Assembly (NCBI GenBank): GCA_024346625.1
Contig: AP024664.1
Location: forward strand, 3,844,001-3,908,000
From: Williopsis jadinii
Taxonomy: Eukaryota
DNA: 64,000 nt
Reading direction: 5' to 3'
Position numbers and translations under genes: made by a program. The notes under the pieces are model-generated. The model was given only the letters and a program-made list of their open reading frames with translations, was not told where the DNA came from and made no database searches. Positions 1 to 10,800 of this stretch are shown piece after piece; the first letter of the stretch is position 1, and each line of letters begins with the position of its first letter.

Positions 1-1674
1 ATAGAGTCTCTGGTCCTCCAGTATCAACGATACCAGACCACCAATGTATATTTCCCAATGGCAATACACGCCTGCTGTTGAGTGGTAGGGCATGCAGAGA
101 ACAGATTCAAGAAGCTCTTCCACCATCCGTGTCAAAACTTCATGATCTTTTATCCCAATAAAGAACACTGTGAGATACAGGTCAAGACCCAAACAGTGGA
201 TAGTATTGGAGTGTTTCAATGTGCAATCCCACATGAAGTCTTTGAGTGTTGATCTTTTGTAATTCTGTCTTTTCAGCAGCTGTAGTTCTGCTCTTAACTC
301 ATATCCAAATGATTTGATCTGGCCTTCAACTCCTGGATTCTTATCTTGGAGAGCATACTTGACCAAGTTGGTTCCGCAGAGGTTAACACCCTTGTCCTTC
401 CAGTCTTTCAAGAACAGCTGTAGCTTATGGACTATTGGCTTCATCCCCTTGGAATAACCACATATCAGAACTATTCCGTTGTTTAATACTGATGTCATGT
501 GCTGCTCGACTTCCTGCTCGTCAGGAGACTCCAGCCAGGCGAGGTTATCCCAACCATGATTAGAGCTGATTTGTGCCACGAACTGAGAGAACTGGAACCA
601 TTCGACAAGAATATCCAGCAGCTGCAACGCAGCACGATCAGCATGGTTGTAGGACCTTGCTGTATGTTTCAAGTTGGAAGATTTATGCAGTAACTGTTGA
701 CAACCATGAAAGTGAGTTCTCCAGCTGCTATCTGATACGTTGGCTGCAAAGATGATGACAACAGCAAATGTGAGACTCACGTACTCTGCGAAGCTTGTTG
801 AGTTATCTATTCTGTCACTCAATACATCTAAGCAGATCTTGAAGACTGGTATTCTGACATTTTTATCCCAAAGCTCTATCTTTTCGTTCATGTTCTCCTT
901 TGCGTAGACTTCCTTCATCAACATTGAGCAGTCGTAGAGCACAATGCTATGTATTATCGGGAATATTCTTCCAAGGGTTAGGAGGACATCAATAACCTCC
1001 ATGAATGTCTCATCTGGATACATCGAGAAGTTGAAGAAGAAATGGGTTGATTTTACCAGCGTCCATGCAAAATCCAGCAGGGACTTATCATTGAGATGGA
1101 TTGTGGGATAAATCTCTGGCTCAAACTTGTTGAATGAGCCGAGATAGTCCACAACGATATGGCTCTTCCATTGTAAGTCAAAAAGATCATAATTGGGCAC
1201 AAAGGTCTCCTGCTCGAATATGAAATCGTCAAAGGTATGGTCCAATGAGCTCATGAAGTCAAGATCACCTGGAAGAACAAGCACCAAATCGTCCACCGTT
1301 AGGTTCAGCGGTGTTCCCAACTCATTGCTAATGTTCTGTGTGGTGAGATCTTGTCCTGTGCTCCGCTGTGACTCTTCAATCATTGAGCAATCGTTACCAT
1401 TGTTGCAACCCATATCAGTCTCTGTAACCATTGGCTGGACCACAGCAGCTCCCACCGCTGCCGTATCAAGGGGCCTTCCAGCCGTATTCTGCTGAGAGCT
1501 ATTCTCAACAATAAACGGCACCTTGTACGTACACGGGAGATCCAGTCGAGTGCACCTTTTACACACTGGTGATTGCTCGTCACATTTGACATGGGCCTTC
1601 TTGCATTGGACACATCCTATTCTGGAGTAGCCAGTTGGCTTTCTCTTATAGCGTAAGGGCTTCTTCCTTCCCAT
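1..1674 (-). CDS. Zn(II)2Cys6 fungal transcription factor (Lys14-like cluster), 3' end outside the window
   Basis: Not in the ORF track. Hand translation from ATG 1674 gives MGRKKPLRYKRKPTGYSRIGCVQCKKAHVKCDEQSPVCKRCTRLDLPCTY, a complete CxxCx6Cx6CxxCx6C cluster. The frame reads on as a fungal-TF-type helical region to the window edge. Confidence 0.88.
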   Translation of the reverse strand, partial: MGRKKPLRYKRKPTGYSRIGCVQCKKAHVKCDEQSPVCKRCTRLDLPCTYKVPFIVENSSQQNTAGRPLDTAAVGAAVVQPMVTETDMGCNNGNDCSMIEESQRSTGQDLTTQNISNELGTPLNLTVDDLVLVLPGDLDFMSSLDHTFDDFIFEQETFVPNYDLFDLQWKSHIVVDYLGSFNKFEPEIYPTIHLNDKSLLDFAWTLVKSTHFFFNFSMYPDETFMEVIDVLLTLGRIFPIIHSIVLYDCSMLMKEVYAKENMNEKIELWDKNVRIPVFKICLDVLSDRIDNSTSFAEYVSLTFAVVIIFAANVSDSSWRTHFHGCQQLLHKSSNLKHTARSYNHADRAALQLLDILVEWFQFSQFVAQISSNHGWDNLAWLESPDEQEVEQHMTSVLNNGIVLICGYSKGMKPIVHKLQLFLKDWKDKGVNLCGTNLVKYALQDKNPGVEGQIKSFGYELRAELQLLKRQNYKRSTLKDFMWDCTLKHSNTIHCLGLDLYLTVFFIGIKDHEVLTRMVEELLESVLCMPYHSTAGVYCHWEIYIGGLVSLILEDQRLY

Positions 1675-2008
1675 TGGGGATTCTCGCTGAAGTGACAGTC
1701 AACAAACTGAGAGAACCCGGTAGCAAGGATCAACAACTGGGTAAACTTGCAAGATATAAAGAAGCATTGATGCTCGCTTACAACTGCTACGTAGATAAAA
1801 TACTCGATGCTGTGGAATGCAAGGTTTAAAGCTTATCTATGTGGTGTATGGGTGTTTGGGTGTTGAGATGTTGATCAAAGAACAGCACAGCACAGCACTA
1901 TGGTTACGTAGCCTATAATCACTCACAAGTACTATCAACTGCACCATGTTACTCTCTTATATTCACTTGATTTATATAGCTTTTGTTTGATTTATTCCAT
2001 GGTCACCT

Positions 2009-3256
2009 TCACTTCTCATTCCCAGGGAAAGCTATACACTGCTTCCCTGTGTAATTATTGCGGTGAAGTTTCTTAGCACCAGGGTATAGCTCTGCCATTC
2101 CTTTGACGTACTCCTGGAAGTTCCATGCTCTTCCATCCCAGTTGGATTCCACCGGCTTGGTTGAGGAGCGCAACTTGGAGGACACTCGTTCACAGTCTTT
2201 CCAGACCCTCAAGACGTTAAGTCCCATGAACTTCGATATGTCCTCTTCAGTGGCATTGGTTTCTCTCCAGACCAGCTTAACAAGATCAGGGTATTTTGAC
2301 ACATCTTCTAGACCCTTAGGGCCGGTAGGTATACCCTCGAAATCAGAGCCAATGCCAACATGGTCCCAGCCTATAGTATCCACAATGTGTTTAACGTGGG
2401 CAGCTGCGTCTTCAATCGTGACATCGTCAAGAGAATCGCCGTGCTTCTTGATGAAACCTGGGTAAAAGTTGATACAAACAACACCTCCGTTGGCCTTGAC
2501 CATTTGTAATACGTCATCCCTGACATTCCTCTCATGTTGAGTCAAGCTATAAGCGGAGCTATGAGAAAACATCACAGGAGCTTTTGCAATCTTCAACACA
2601 TCAACCATTGTCTTATGTGACACATGGCTGAGATCAACAATCATTCCTAGCCTGTTCATCTCCTTTATAGCATCGACTCCAAATTCGCTCAGCCCTTTAT
2701 CCTCTCTGCCACAGCTGATTGAATACGCACTTGTAGCAAAGGGATTATCACAGTTATGGGTTATGGTAATATAGCGAACACCCAAATCGTAATACTGTCT
2801 CATGACACCTAGAGACGTATCGCACTGGTGCAACCCTTCAACCCCCAGTGTAATCGAGATTACTTCATTATCTGAATCCCGATAACTCTGCAGGGCTTCA
2901 TCTGCAGTTGTCACAAATTTCATCTTATGAGAATAGTCATCAACAAGCCTTCTCACAACATCGATCTGCTCAAGAGTATCCCTAACTATGGCACTGATGG
3001 TGTTGAAATCCTCATACAGCTCAGTATCACCTTGACACTCAATCCAACAGCTGAAGAATTGGACGCCCAGCCCACCTTGCCTCATTCTCACCAGGTCTGT
3101 ATGGCACGTAAGAACGGAATCAAAGTCAAACTTGGGATCCTTATGGAGCTCGTAGTGCAACTGTGATCTCAAGAGATAAGGGAAGTCATTATGTGTGTCA
3201 ACAACCGGAACTGTCTTGTTTAAGGCCTTAAACCTTTCATCCAATGATAAGCTCAT
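2009..3256 (-). CDS. Membrane/renal dipeptidase family (peptidase M19), apparently cytosolic
   Basis: 415 aa with DTHNDF, HTDLVRMRQG, GVEGLH, HNCDNPFA, VDLSH, FSHS and GIGSDFEG motifs; no N-terminal signal or TM segment. Confidence 0.92.
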   Translation of the reverse strand: MSLSLDERFKALNKTVPVVDTHNDFPYLLRSQLHYELHKDPKFDFDSVLTCHTDLVRMRQGGLGVQFFSCWIECQGDTELYEDFNTISAIVRDTLEQIDVVRRLVDDYSHKMKFVTTADEALQSYRDSDNEVISITLGVEGLHQCDTSLGVMRQYYDLGVRYITITHNCDNPFATSAYSISCGREDKGLSEFGVDAIKEMNRLGMIVDLSHVSHKTMVDVLKIAKAPVMFSHSSAYSLTQHERNVRDDVLQMVKANGGVVCINFYPGFIKKHGDSLDDVTIEDAAAHVKHIVDTIGWDHVGIGSDFEGIPTGPKGLEDVSKYPDLVKLVWRETNATEEDISKFMGLNVLRVWKDCERVSSKLRSSTKPVESNWDGRAWNFQEYVKGMAELYPGAKKLHRNNYTGKQCIAFPGNEK

Positions 3257-3766
3257 GACGGCAATCTTCCCTGGGGCTCATATCAGACCATGAGATAAAA
3301 CATCACCAAATCAGTAACATATCAACGGGTTTAAATAAGCCACCGGCTCGGATCAGCTCCAGGCAGTGAACAAAGATCACTCCTCCATACCCAGAGAAGG
3401 TACTTCTCGAGATGTGGTTCTATCGTATGGACACCCCGTTTTAGGAAGTAAATGCGAGATACCCCCATCGTATGTCCCTACACCTAAACCACGAATACGA
3501 TCGAATCATCAAAGACCGATACGCCAACGTCCACCAGGGTGTTCCAGAGCCGATTACGCACAATGACATACTGAGCACTCTCACTGCACCTGCTCGATAG
3601 ATTAGATTGACATCTCTATCAGCCCTCTGTATACACGTAAACCCCCATAATATCATCCCTAATGCGGTGAACGATACGGCGCATGTAATTGTATGATCTC
3701 ATGGAGAAGAGCTTCAACAAACACATGAGAGAAGGCCGTATATATGGCTTATAGGATCCCAGATGC

Positions 3767-5491
3767 ATGAGGGACGTTGTAGTGGTCGATGATCATTGGG
3801 CATCTGTCATACAAGGAAACACCAGAGTTATGGAGTTCTTCAGAAAAGTTGATAGAGTGCTTGCGTTGACTGGCTCCTCCGGCCTTCATAACGAAGATCT
3901 GGTTCCTGTGCCAGTTTCAAGACGGTTGTGGGGCTTGACGGGATACCTGGGCTACTGGGGTATCTGCTCGCTCTGTGTTACCACGTGGTCGACTGGATCG
4001 TCTCTGTTGTCGCTAGGCTTGAATGGCGCCAATGCCATGGGCATAGTGGTTCTTTCCCATTTCTTCATATCCGTTGCTGCGATACTGAACAGCGGATACG
4101 GCAGCGAATACCACGTCGGATACTCTGTGTTCCAGAGAATAATCTTTGGTATCAGAGGGTCATGGTTCGGTATTCTTTTGAGAGCCATTCTTTCGGTCGT
4201 GTGGTTTGCCTCCCAGGCGTGGTTGGGAGGGCTATGTGTTAATGTTGTCCTGTGCTCTTGGAGTAAGAGCTATCTGGATTGGGAGAACACATTACCAGCG
4301 AATGTGAAGATGACCTCTCAGGAGCTATGTGGATTCATCGTGTACCTTGCTCTGAGTTTCCCCTTTCTCATTGTGAGACCCGAGTTCTTGGACTATCTAT
4401 TGGCCATTGGTTCCTTTGCCATGTTCTTCGTTGCGATGGGCATAACCATTTGGGCTGTCCAGGACAATGACGGTGGATATGGAACCCTGATGAACGCCCC
4501 TATGGCCCTCAGCAGCTCTCAAAAGGCATGGGCTTGGCTGAATGGACTGAGTATTTGGTATTCTGCCATGACCTCTGGGATTGCAAACCAATCTGACTTC
4601 TCGAGATTCAATAAAACCGAGTTCATCTCACGCTTAGGAATATTCCTGGGCTGTAACCTATTCGGCTTCATAGTCCCCATGTTGGGCATCATATCTGCCA
4701 GTGCCTTGAGTGAGAAGTACGGTGTGTTTTACTGGATGCCAAACTCGATATGTATGCTATGGCTACAAACAAACTACTCTTCAAAAGCAAGGGCCGCTGC
4801 CTTTTTCAGTGGTGTTTCGCTCGTCACGTCTCAGCTTGCCATCAACTGTATAGGTAACGGTATCAGTGGGGGCATGGACCTTGCCGCACTTTTCCCACGC
4901 TACATCAACATCAGAAGAGGTGCGATCATTGTGTTCGTGCTGGCATGGCCAACTCAACCTTGGCTGTTTTACAACTCAAGCTCTGTGTTTTTACAAGTCA
5001 TGTCATCGTTCTCCGTCTTCATCACACCGTTGATTGCGGTGTTTGTCACTGACTACTACATCATCAGAAAGAGAATAGCCAAAATCTCGGACTGCTACAT
5101 CTCTGATAGCTCGAGTATCTACTGGTTCTATCACGGCGTGAATTTCAGGTCCATTGTGGCATTTCTCATTGGAGTGGCACCTGGCTTGCCGGGGCTGATC
5201 AACACCGTGACCCCAACTATCCACGTGAACACTGGAATCAAACACTTCTACTATGGCTCGTTCGTATTCCAATTTGTCGTTGCTGCTGTCGCGTACTACA
5301 TCATCAACCTCGTCTTCAAAGTAGAGGTTGGGGAGAGAGACACCGTGGACTACTACAACACGTACAACGAAGAGGAATGTATCAAGCGCAACATGGAGCC
5401 TTACGTCGCAGAGATCATCAACGAAGGAGATAACTCCACGGACTCCAACGTGATCAGCTTGAGTGAGCTCCATGTAAAGCAAAAGTCGTAG
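3767..5491 (+). CDS. NCS1 nucleobase:cation symporter (Fur4/Dal4/Thi7 family)
   Basis: About 12 hydrophobic segments; HNEDLVPVP..RRLW, NQSDFSRF, DLAALFPRYINIRRG and YWFYHGVNFR motifs. The real start may be ATG 3830 because a TATA-like TATATA lies at about 3739. Confidence 0.93.
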   Translation: MRDVVVVDDHWASVIQGNTRVMEFFRKVDRVLALTGSSGLHNEDLVPVPVSRRLWGLTGYLGYWGICSLCVTTWSTGSSLLSLGLNGANAMGIVVLSHFFISVAAILNSGYGSEYHVGYSVFQRIIFGIRGSWFGILLRAILSVVWFASQAWLGGLCVNVVLCSWSKSYLDWENTLPANVKMTSQELCGFIVYLALSFPFLIVRPEFLDYLLAIGSFAMFFVAMGITIWAVQDNDGGYGTLMNAPMALSSSQKAWAWLNGLSIWYSAMTSGIANQSDFSRFNKTEFISRLGIFLGCNLFGFIVPMLGIISASALSEKYGVFYWMPNSICMLWLQTNYSSKARAAAFFSGVSLVTSQLAINCIGNGISGGMDLAALFPRYINIRRGAIIVFVLAWPTQPWLFYNSSSVFLQVMSSFSVFITPLIAVFVTDYYIIRKRIAKISDCYISDSSSIYWFYHGVNFRSIVAFLIGVAPGLPGLINTVTPTIHVNTGIKHFYYGSFVFQFVVAAVAYYIINLVFKVEVGERDTVDYYNTYNEEECIKRNMEPYVAEIINEGDNSTDSNVISLSELHVKQKS

Positions 5492-5783
5492 TGAATGCTT
5501 GTCTTGTCGTCTTAGCTCTTCTGTTTGGTATAATACACACTGGTGGAAATGTAATATGGCATAATACCGTAACCCTGGAAACATCCAAACTCTAAAATGA
5601 CACAGGGCTTCAAAGCCTCAACGGCTGTCTTGCTTACTCCGCGGTAACGCCGACGGTGCGATGCGTGGAGACGTGAAAAATTTCCCGGTAGCAGCGTTGA
5701 AGGCTCGGAATGTGTTGATAAAGCGCAATCGCTACTGATCATTCTTCCTATATCTCTGCTTAGTGTTATTACAAGACTGAATC

Positions 5784-6324
5784 ATGCCATTTGACGATAC
5801 TAAGGGGCTACAAATTGCCATTGAAGAGGCCATCACTGGTGAGCTTACCTGAAGCTCTCTTATGCTTTCTCTCCAATCAGTGAGGCAGTTAGCGATTCTC
5901 GGAGTACTAATCATTGTTTCAAGGCCGTGATGAAGGTGGTGTTCCTATTGGAGGATGTCTCGTTGATGAAGATGGGAAAGTTCTTGGACGCGGTCATAAC
6001 ATGAGAATTCAAAAGGGCTCCGCAACACTCCATGGTGAGATCTCTACTCTCGAAAATGCTGGTAGACTTAAAGGCAACGTCTACAAGAGCTGTACCATGT
6101 ACACCACACTTTCCCCTTGTGACATGTGCACAGGTGCCATCATCATGTACGGTATCAAGAGGGTGGTCATGGGTGAGAATGACACCTTTGTCGGTGGGGA
6201 GGACTACTTGAGACAGAGAGGTGTTGAGGTCATCAACATGGATAACCAACAGTGTAAGGACCTGATGGCACAATTCATCAAGGAGAAGCCTGAAGAGTGG
6301 AACGAGGATATCGGCACTGAATGA
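5784..6324 (+). CDS. FCY1: Cytosine deaminase; exons 5784-5838 and 5924-6324
   Basis: Spliced product MPFDDTKGLQIAIEEAITG-RDEGGVPIGG with HGE and PCDMC zinc motifs. Intron 5839-5923: GTGAGC donor, TACTAAT branch point, AAG acceptor. Confidence 0.93.
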
Positions 6325-6442
6325 GTACGTTTACCTTTAGAACCTTGTTAACTATTTAGTGGCACCATTAAACAAACAAAACAAGACATGACATAAGCAC
6401 TATAGGAGCTCATCGATAGAAAAGCGAGAAATAAAACACACC

Positions 6443-6838
6443 TCAAGCTGTACCTGCTGCTGCTTCTGCTACTGCTGTTGCAGTTGCTGCTACTACCTCA
6501 GTAGCAGTCTTTGCAGCCTGCGACGCTGGCTTTGGCATGATTCCGCCAAACGATGGGTACAAAAGATCCAAGTAGCAAACACCAGCACCGACAACAGCCA
6601 TGAGTAACTGTAGGAATGGTGATTGAGATCCCTCTGGTGTCTTAGCACCATGGGATGAGGCCAGTACGGCACCAACAGCACTGAAGATGGTAAACCAGGA
6701 AAGAAGCTTGTTCTTCATCATCATGGCCGCCATTGGCATGGACTGAGACACAACATTTGTGGCGGCGGTTGGATCGCTAGCCGGTGAAACATGGATGTAT
6801 GGAACTATGAGGTCCTCTCTCTTCACTGATGGGGCCAT
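6443..6838 (-). CDS. Asterix/UPF0139 small ER membrane protein (YPR063C-like)
   Basis: ATG 6838 gives MAPSVKREDLIVPY...SQSMPMAAMMMKNKLLSW. It is convergent with FCY1, as YPR063C is with YPR062W in S. cerevisiae. Confidence 0.8.
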   Translation of the reverse strand: MAPSVKREDLIVPYIHVSPASDPTAATNVVSQSMPMAAMMMKNKLLSWFTIFSAVGAVLASSHGAKTPEGSQSPFLQLLMAVVGAGVCYLDLLYPSFGGIMPKPASQAAKTATEVVAATATAVAEAAAGTA

Positions 6839-7189
6839 TGTATTGATACTAATAGACAACAATTCGATGGATGGAACCTCCGAGTTGTGTCAGCGTGTCG
6901 TTGTGTTGTAACAGCTTGGATTTAGCCGTCGAGGGGCTCAGCGTCGACGATGCCGAAGTTTGGTTGGGGAAACATGTCTTTATCGGTAATCGAAGCGAGG
7001 GTGATTATGGTGATGCTGATGCCTATTGAGCTGTTCAGTGTATTAAGCTGGATAGCTTCATCAATTGGTGAACTTGGTATTGAATAGTTGCTATACGCTG
7101 TGTTAGACGACTGTAATGTAGGCGTCAATTAAAGGCGTTGAGTGCTTAAGCTACTTGTGCTGCTATGGAGGCACCGAGATGATGTAAAG

Positions 7190-7540
7190 ATGTATGTAAT
7201 CTAATGGAATTGGATATTTGTATGCTTGATTCTTCGTTGTAATAATTTTTATGGTTCAATTGGTGAATTGCCTGATGTTTTTAATCGATATTTAGTGATT
7301 ATTAAGTGAAGCTGAACTATTTTTTCCAAGTTCTCCTATAAAATGGAGTTATAAGTTGTTTATAAATATAAAAAAACTATAACAGTAAGTTCTGATTTTT
7401 GCAAATAAATTATAACTATGATGTTATCATATTATATTAGAACTCAATGAACATCAATGTTACACTGAAGGAATTATCAGATTAATTTTTATAGAATTTA
7501 ACTCGTTTAATTAGTCATCTACATTTCATTTGACATATTT
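7190..7540. other. AT-rich island, possibly a degraded insertion of foreign coding DNA
   Basis: Hand count gives about 82 G+C in 340 nt (7201-7540, ~24% GC), clearly below the flanking genes. Broken + strand frames use mostly A/T-ending codons. Confidence 0.5.
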
Positions 7541-7854
7541 GCACGTGGTTGTGGGTAATTGATGGAAACAACTGTTGCATATGGCTTCAGAACAATATTG
7601 TAACCGGGTTAGACGCACTAATCCATATGGGATAGGAAACTCACAACCCACTCGAAGAACCACCGTGTTCACGGCACGTGAATACCAATTCGATTCCAGG
7701 TTTCACCGGTATTCCAAATCTAATCATTCATAGTTACCTGCTTTAAGAACAAATTTTAACCGTACATGAATCTTTGAAGTTAGCCTGCAACTTATAGTCG
7801 ATACGGTTCAGCCATAATCGTAAAGCAAAAAAACAGAAGACATTACCCACTCCA

Positions 7855-10800
7855 TTAAACTAATATCTCTTCAGCTGTGATGAGATACTCCTTCCGATTA
7901 ACCTCTTCGATGTCTAAGATTCTCCCTATAAACCATTGTTTCTGAGTGGAGAGAGTTATGGTGTTTTTCATCATATACTTAAAGTCACCACCCATCTCGT
8001 TAAATACCGCCCATTGAGGTCCGGTTCCATCTCTAGATCTCGTTGGAAGGAACAACACCAAATCCCCTTTGTTAAAATCACGGATGGTGATTTTCTTTGA
8101 ATCAATTTGTCTCAGCTTCCTATTATCCTTCAACTCTTTCTTAGCCAAATGTTCAACTTCCTTAAACCTCTTCGAAACACTACCTAGGTAGAGCTCATTT
8201 AAGTTGGTAACTAAATCAACAAATTTCAAATACTTCTCTTCAAAGGTGGTCAGATTATAGGTCTCTATCACACTGTCCACAATGGAGCAGATTTTTTCAG
8301 GCCCAAGATCATTCTCAATGGAATCAAGTTTTAACAATTGCTTATCAGGAAGATCACTCCATATGGAGCACTGATGAACTTCAGCTGGGAGATCGGTCTT
8401 CAGCCCTTGTGCTATCTCCACAGTGGCAGAGAGATCACCACCATTGGCTTTTTTCAATCCTTTCACTCTAATTATATCAATCTTATTGGTTTTTTCAGAT
8501 TTAACAGCCAGGAGACCCATACATTTCAACGACTCACAAAACAAATCGTAAAACGTCACCATTATATCGCTAAGGTCTCTGGATTTAATAACCAATGAAT
8601 TGATAATAACCAGGAGTTGGAAGATCATCTGGATGTGTTTCTCTTCAATTTTTGATACTTTGTCGATTTCCTCGTCTTTCTGTGATTTTGCACTCTCCAA
8701 TTGCTTGAGTCGGTCAGTGAGCTCTTCAATCTCCCTTTGATGAACACCCTTTTCAGAGGCAAACTCATTTTCACGATTCGCCATATTTTCCAAAAGATCA
8801 TTCTTCATAGACTTCAAGCGATCGTATTCATCTTTGGTGACTCCCAGCTGTGTGGAGAGCTCATCGTTAACTTTATCAAGCTCCGTAACTTTCATCTTCA
8901 ACACATTCAACTCATTATTCGAAGATTCTTCAATGTTTTTGATAATAGAATCCTTTTCCTTCAAAAGTTCAGATTTTTCATCGAGAGATGTCTTCAAATC
9001 ATAAATCGTTTTGTTTGTAGCGTTGATATGAGACTCTTTTTCCACGAGTTGTGCTTTCAGTTCAACAAGCTCGCTATTAAGTCTTTCGATCTCTTGTTGA
9101 GGTTCCATTGACTTCTTCTTTATAGAGTCAAGTTCAGTATCTTTGTTTTCGATTTGCTCTTGCAACCCTTTGAGGTCCGCCTTGTGTTGGTTCTTGAGCT
9201 CATCGATAATGTTCGAATCTTTTTGATGAGATTCAGTGACTTCCAGTAAACACTTTGACACCTTCTCAAGTTCACAGCTAAGATAAGAAGCTTTAACCTC
9301 TTGTTCAGAAAGTTTGAACTGAAGGTGGGAAATCTGAGAGGAATGTTCATCTCTCAAATGTTCAATATCTTTAGACAGAGCATTGTTTTCAAACTCCCTT
9401 GTAGAAAGTTCGTGTTTGTATCTTTTCAATTCATCATTCAACATTTCAACGGTCTCCTCGTGCCTTTTCAAATTACTCTTTAAAGCCCTATTTTCGTCAT
9501 TCAACCTTTTCAATTCTTCTGCATTTGCCAACGTTGCTGATGAGGTTTTCATTGTAGCCTCATTCAATAATGATGATGCCAGTTTCTCATCCATTGAATG
9601 CTTAGAGATGATTGACAACCTTTCAGAAGATGGCCATTGTTGGAAATTTTTGAACTGTTCTTGGTGAAGTAAACTTTCAAGTTTTTTAATCTGATACTTA
9701 TAACCTTGTATTGTAGCATCTTTTGGCTCAGTCTTGGAAGCAACGGGTTTCTTGATCACGCTGCTGGAAATATCGTCAAGTGCCTTGAACAACACTTTCA
9801 CTACTTCTGCCGAAACATTTACTCTTCTTAGCTCTTCAATGTAATTTTGAGCATCATTGAATGTAAACTCTTCAAAAGACTCCACTGTTTTATCAGTGTT
9901 GGCAACAACTTCAAAATTCGTAAGGCCGTTGTTACTGAACAATGAAATGTCCTTCTTCAAAAGTTTGAGGATATCGCCATAATTTTTAACCCAATTACTT
10001 CTTATCTTGATCTCCTTGTCTCTAAAGATTGCAAATTCTTCATTTGTCTGTGATATTTCCTGCTTGACTGCTTTCAGCCATGCACTTCTTCTTACCCCTT
10101 CAACGACGTAAAATCCGTACAAGAGTGGTAAATCAACGGTATGAGCCAAAGATGATTCCAAAATTTGAACCTTCTCCACTTGCGGACTTAGAGATCGAAG
10201 AGATTCCTTAAGAGTGACAGCTTCTGCCTGCGACAGTGACAGCTTGTGTAACAAAGATGACAACGACAGTTGAATCTTAGCAAGGAGGTCCTTGTAGGAT
10301 GTGAATACTCTGTAGAGAGACAAAGCAAGATCGTAAATCTTGGTGACGTAATCACTTTTATGAGCTTGGAGCATTTCCAAGATAAGATCTATACTTAAGG
10401 CATCCATTGAAGTCTTTGTCTGTTGTAGCATCTTCTTTGTATCCCCTTGCGTCTTGTCGCACATCTGTTTCAACTCTGTAAGCCATTGATCAGGATCTGA
10501 CATGTTAAATATAGTAGTCGTATCATTTTCAAGGCTACTAACGCCATATTCCACTTCTGTTTGTAATTTCAAACTCTTACTCAGCCGGTCTCGTTGTGAT
10601 AAAAGAGCACTAGTTAAATCCTTGTTGATAGCGAAACTCTCACGGGCATTGTGTGCGAGGTCCACCCTGTTTAGTAGCGAGGATAGAGGTGATCCTTCTA
10701 CGGTGTGAATATCTCTTAGTAGATTGTAATGAGTTTCCCAGGTGGCGTTGAGCGACTGCTTTTGAAGATGATTTAAGAAATCTATTGTGGAATCAAATGT

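Noticed and set aside
7170..7550. Saccharomyces-type point centromere (CACGTG next to an AT-rich tract)
   Set aside because: Not RTCACRTG, the AT tract is too long and not AT-rich enough for CDEII, and there is no CDEIII TTCCGAA match.
7728..7737. TCATAGTTAC, antisense to LSU helix 69 (snR63-like C/D guide)
   Set aside because: Not followed by a correctly spaced CTGA box, and a 10-mer match can occur by chance.
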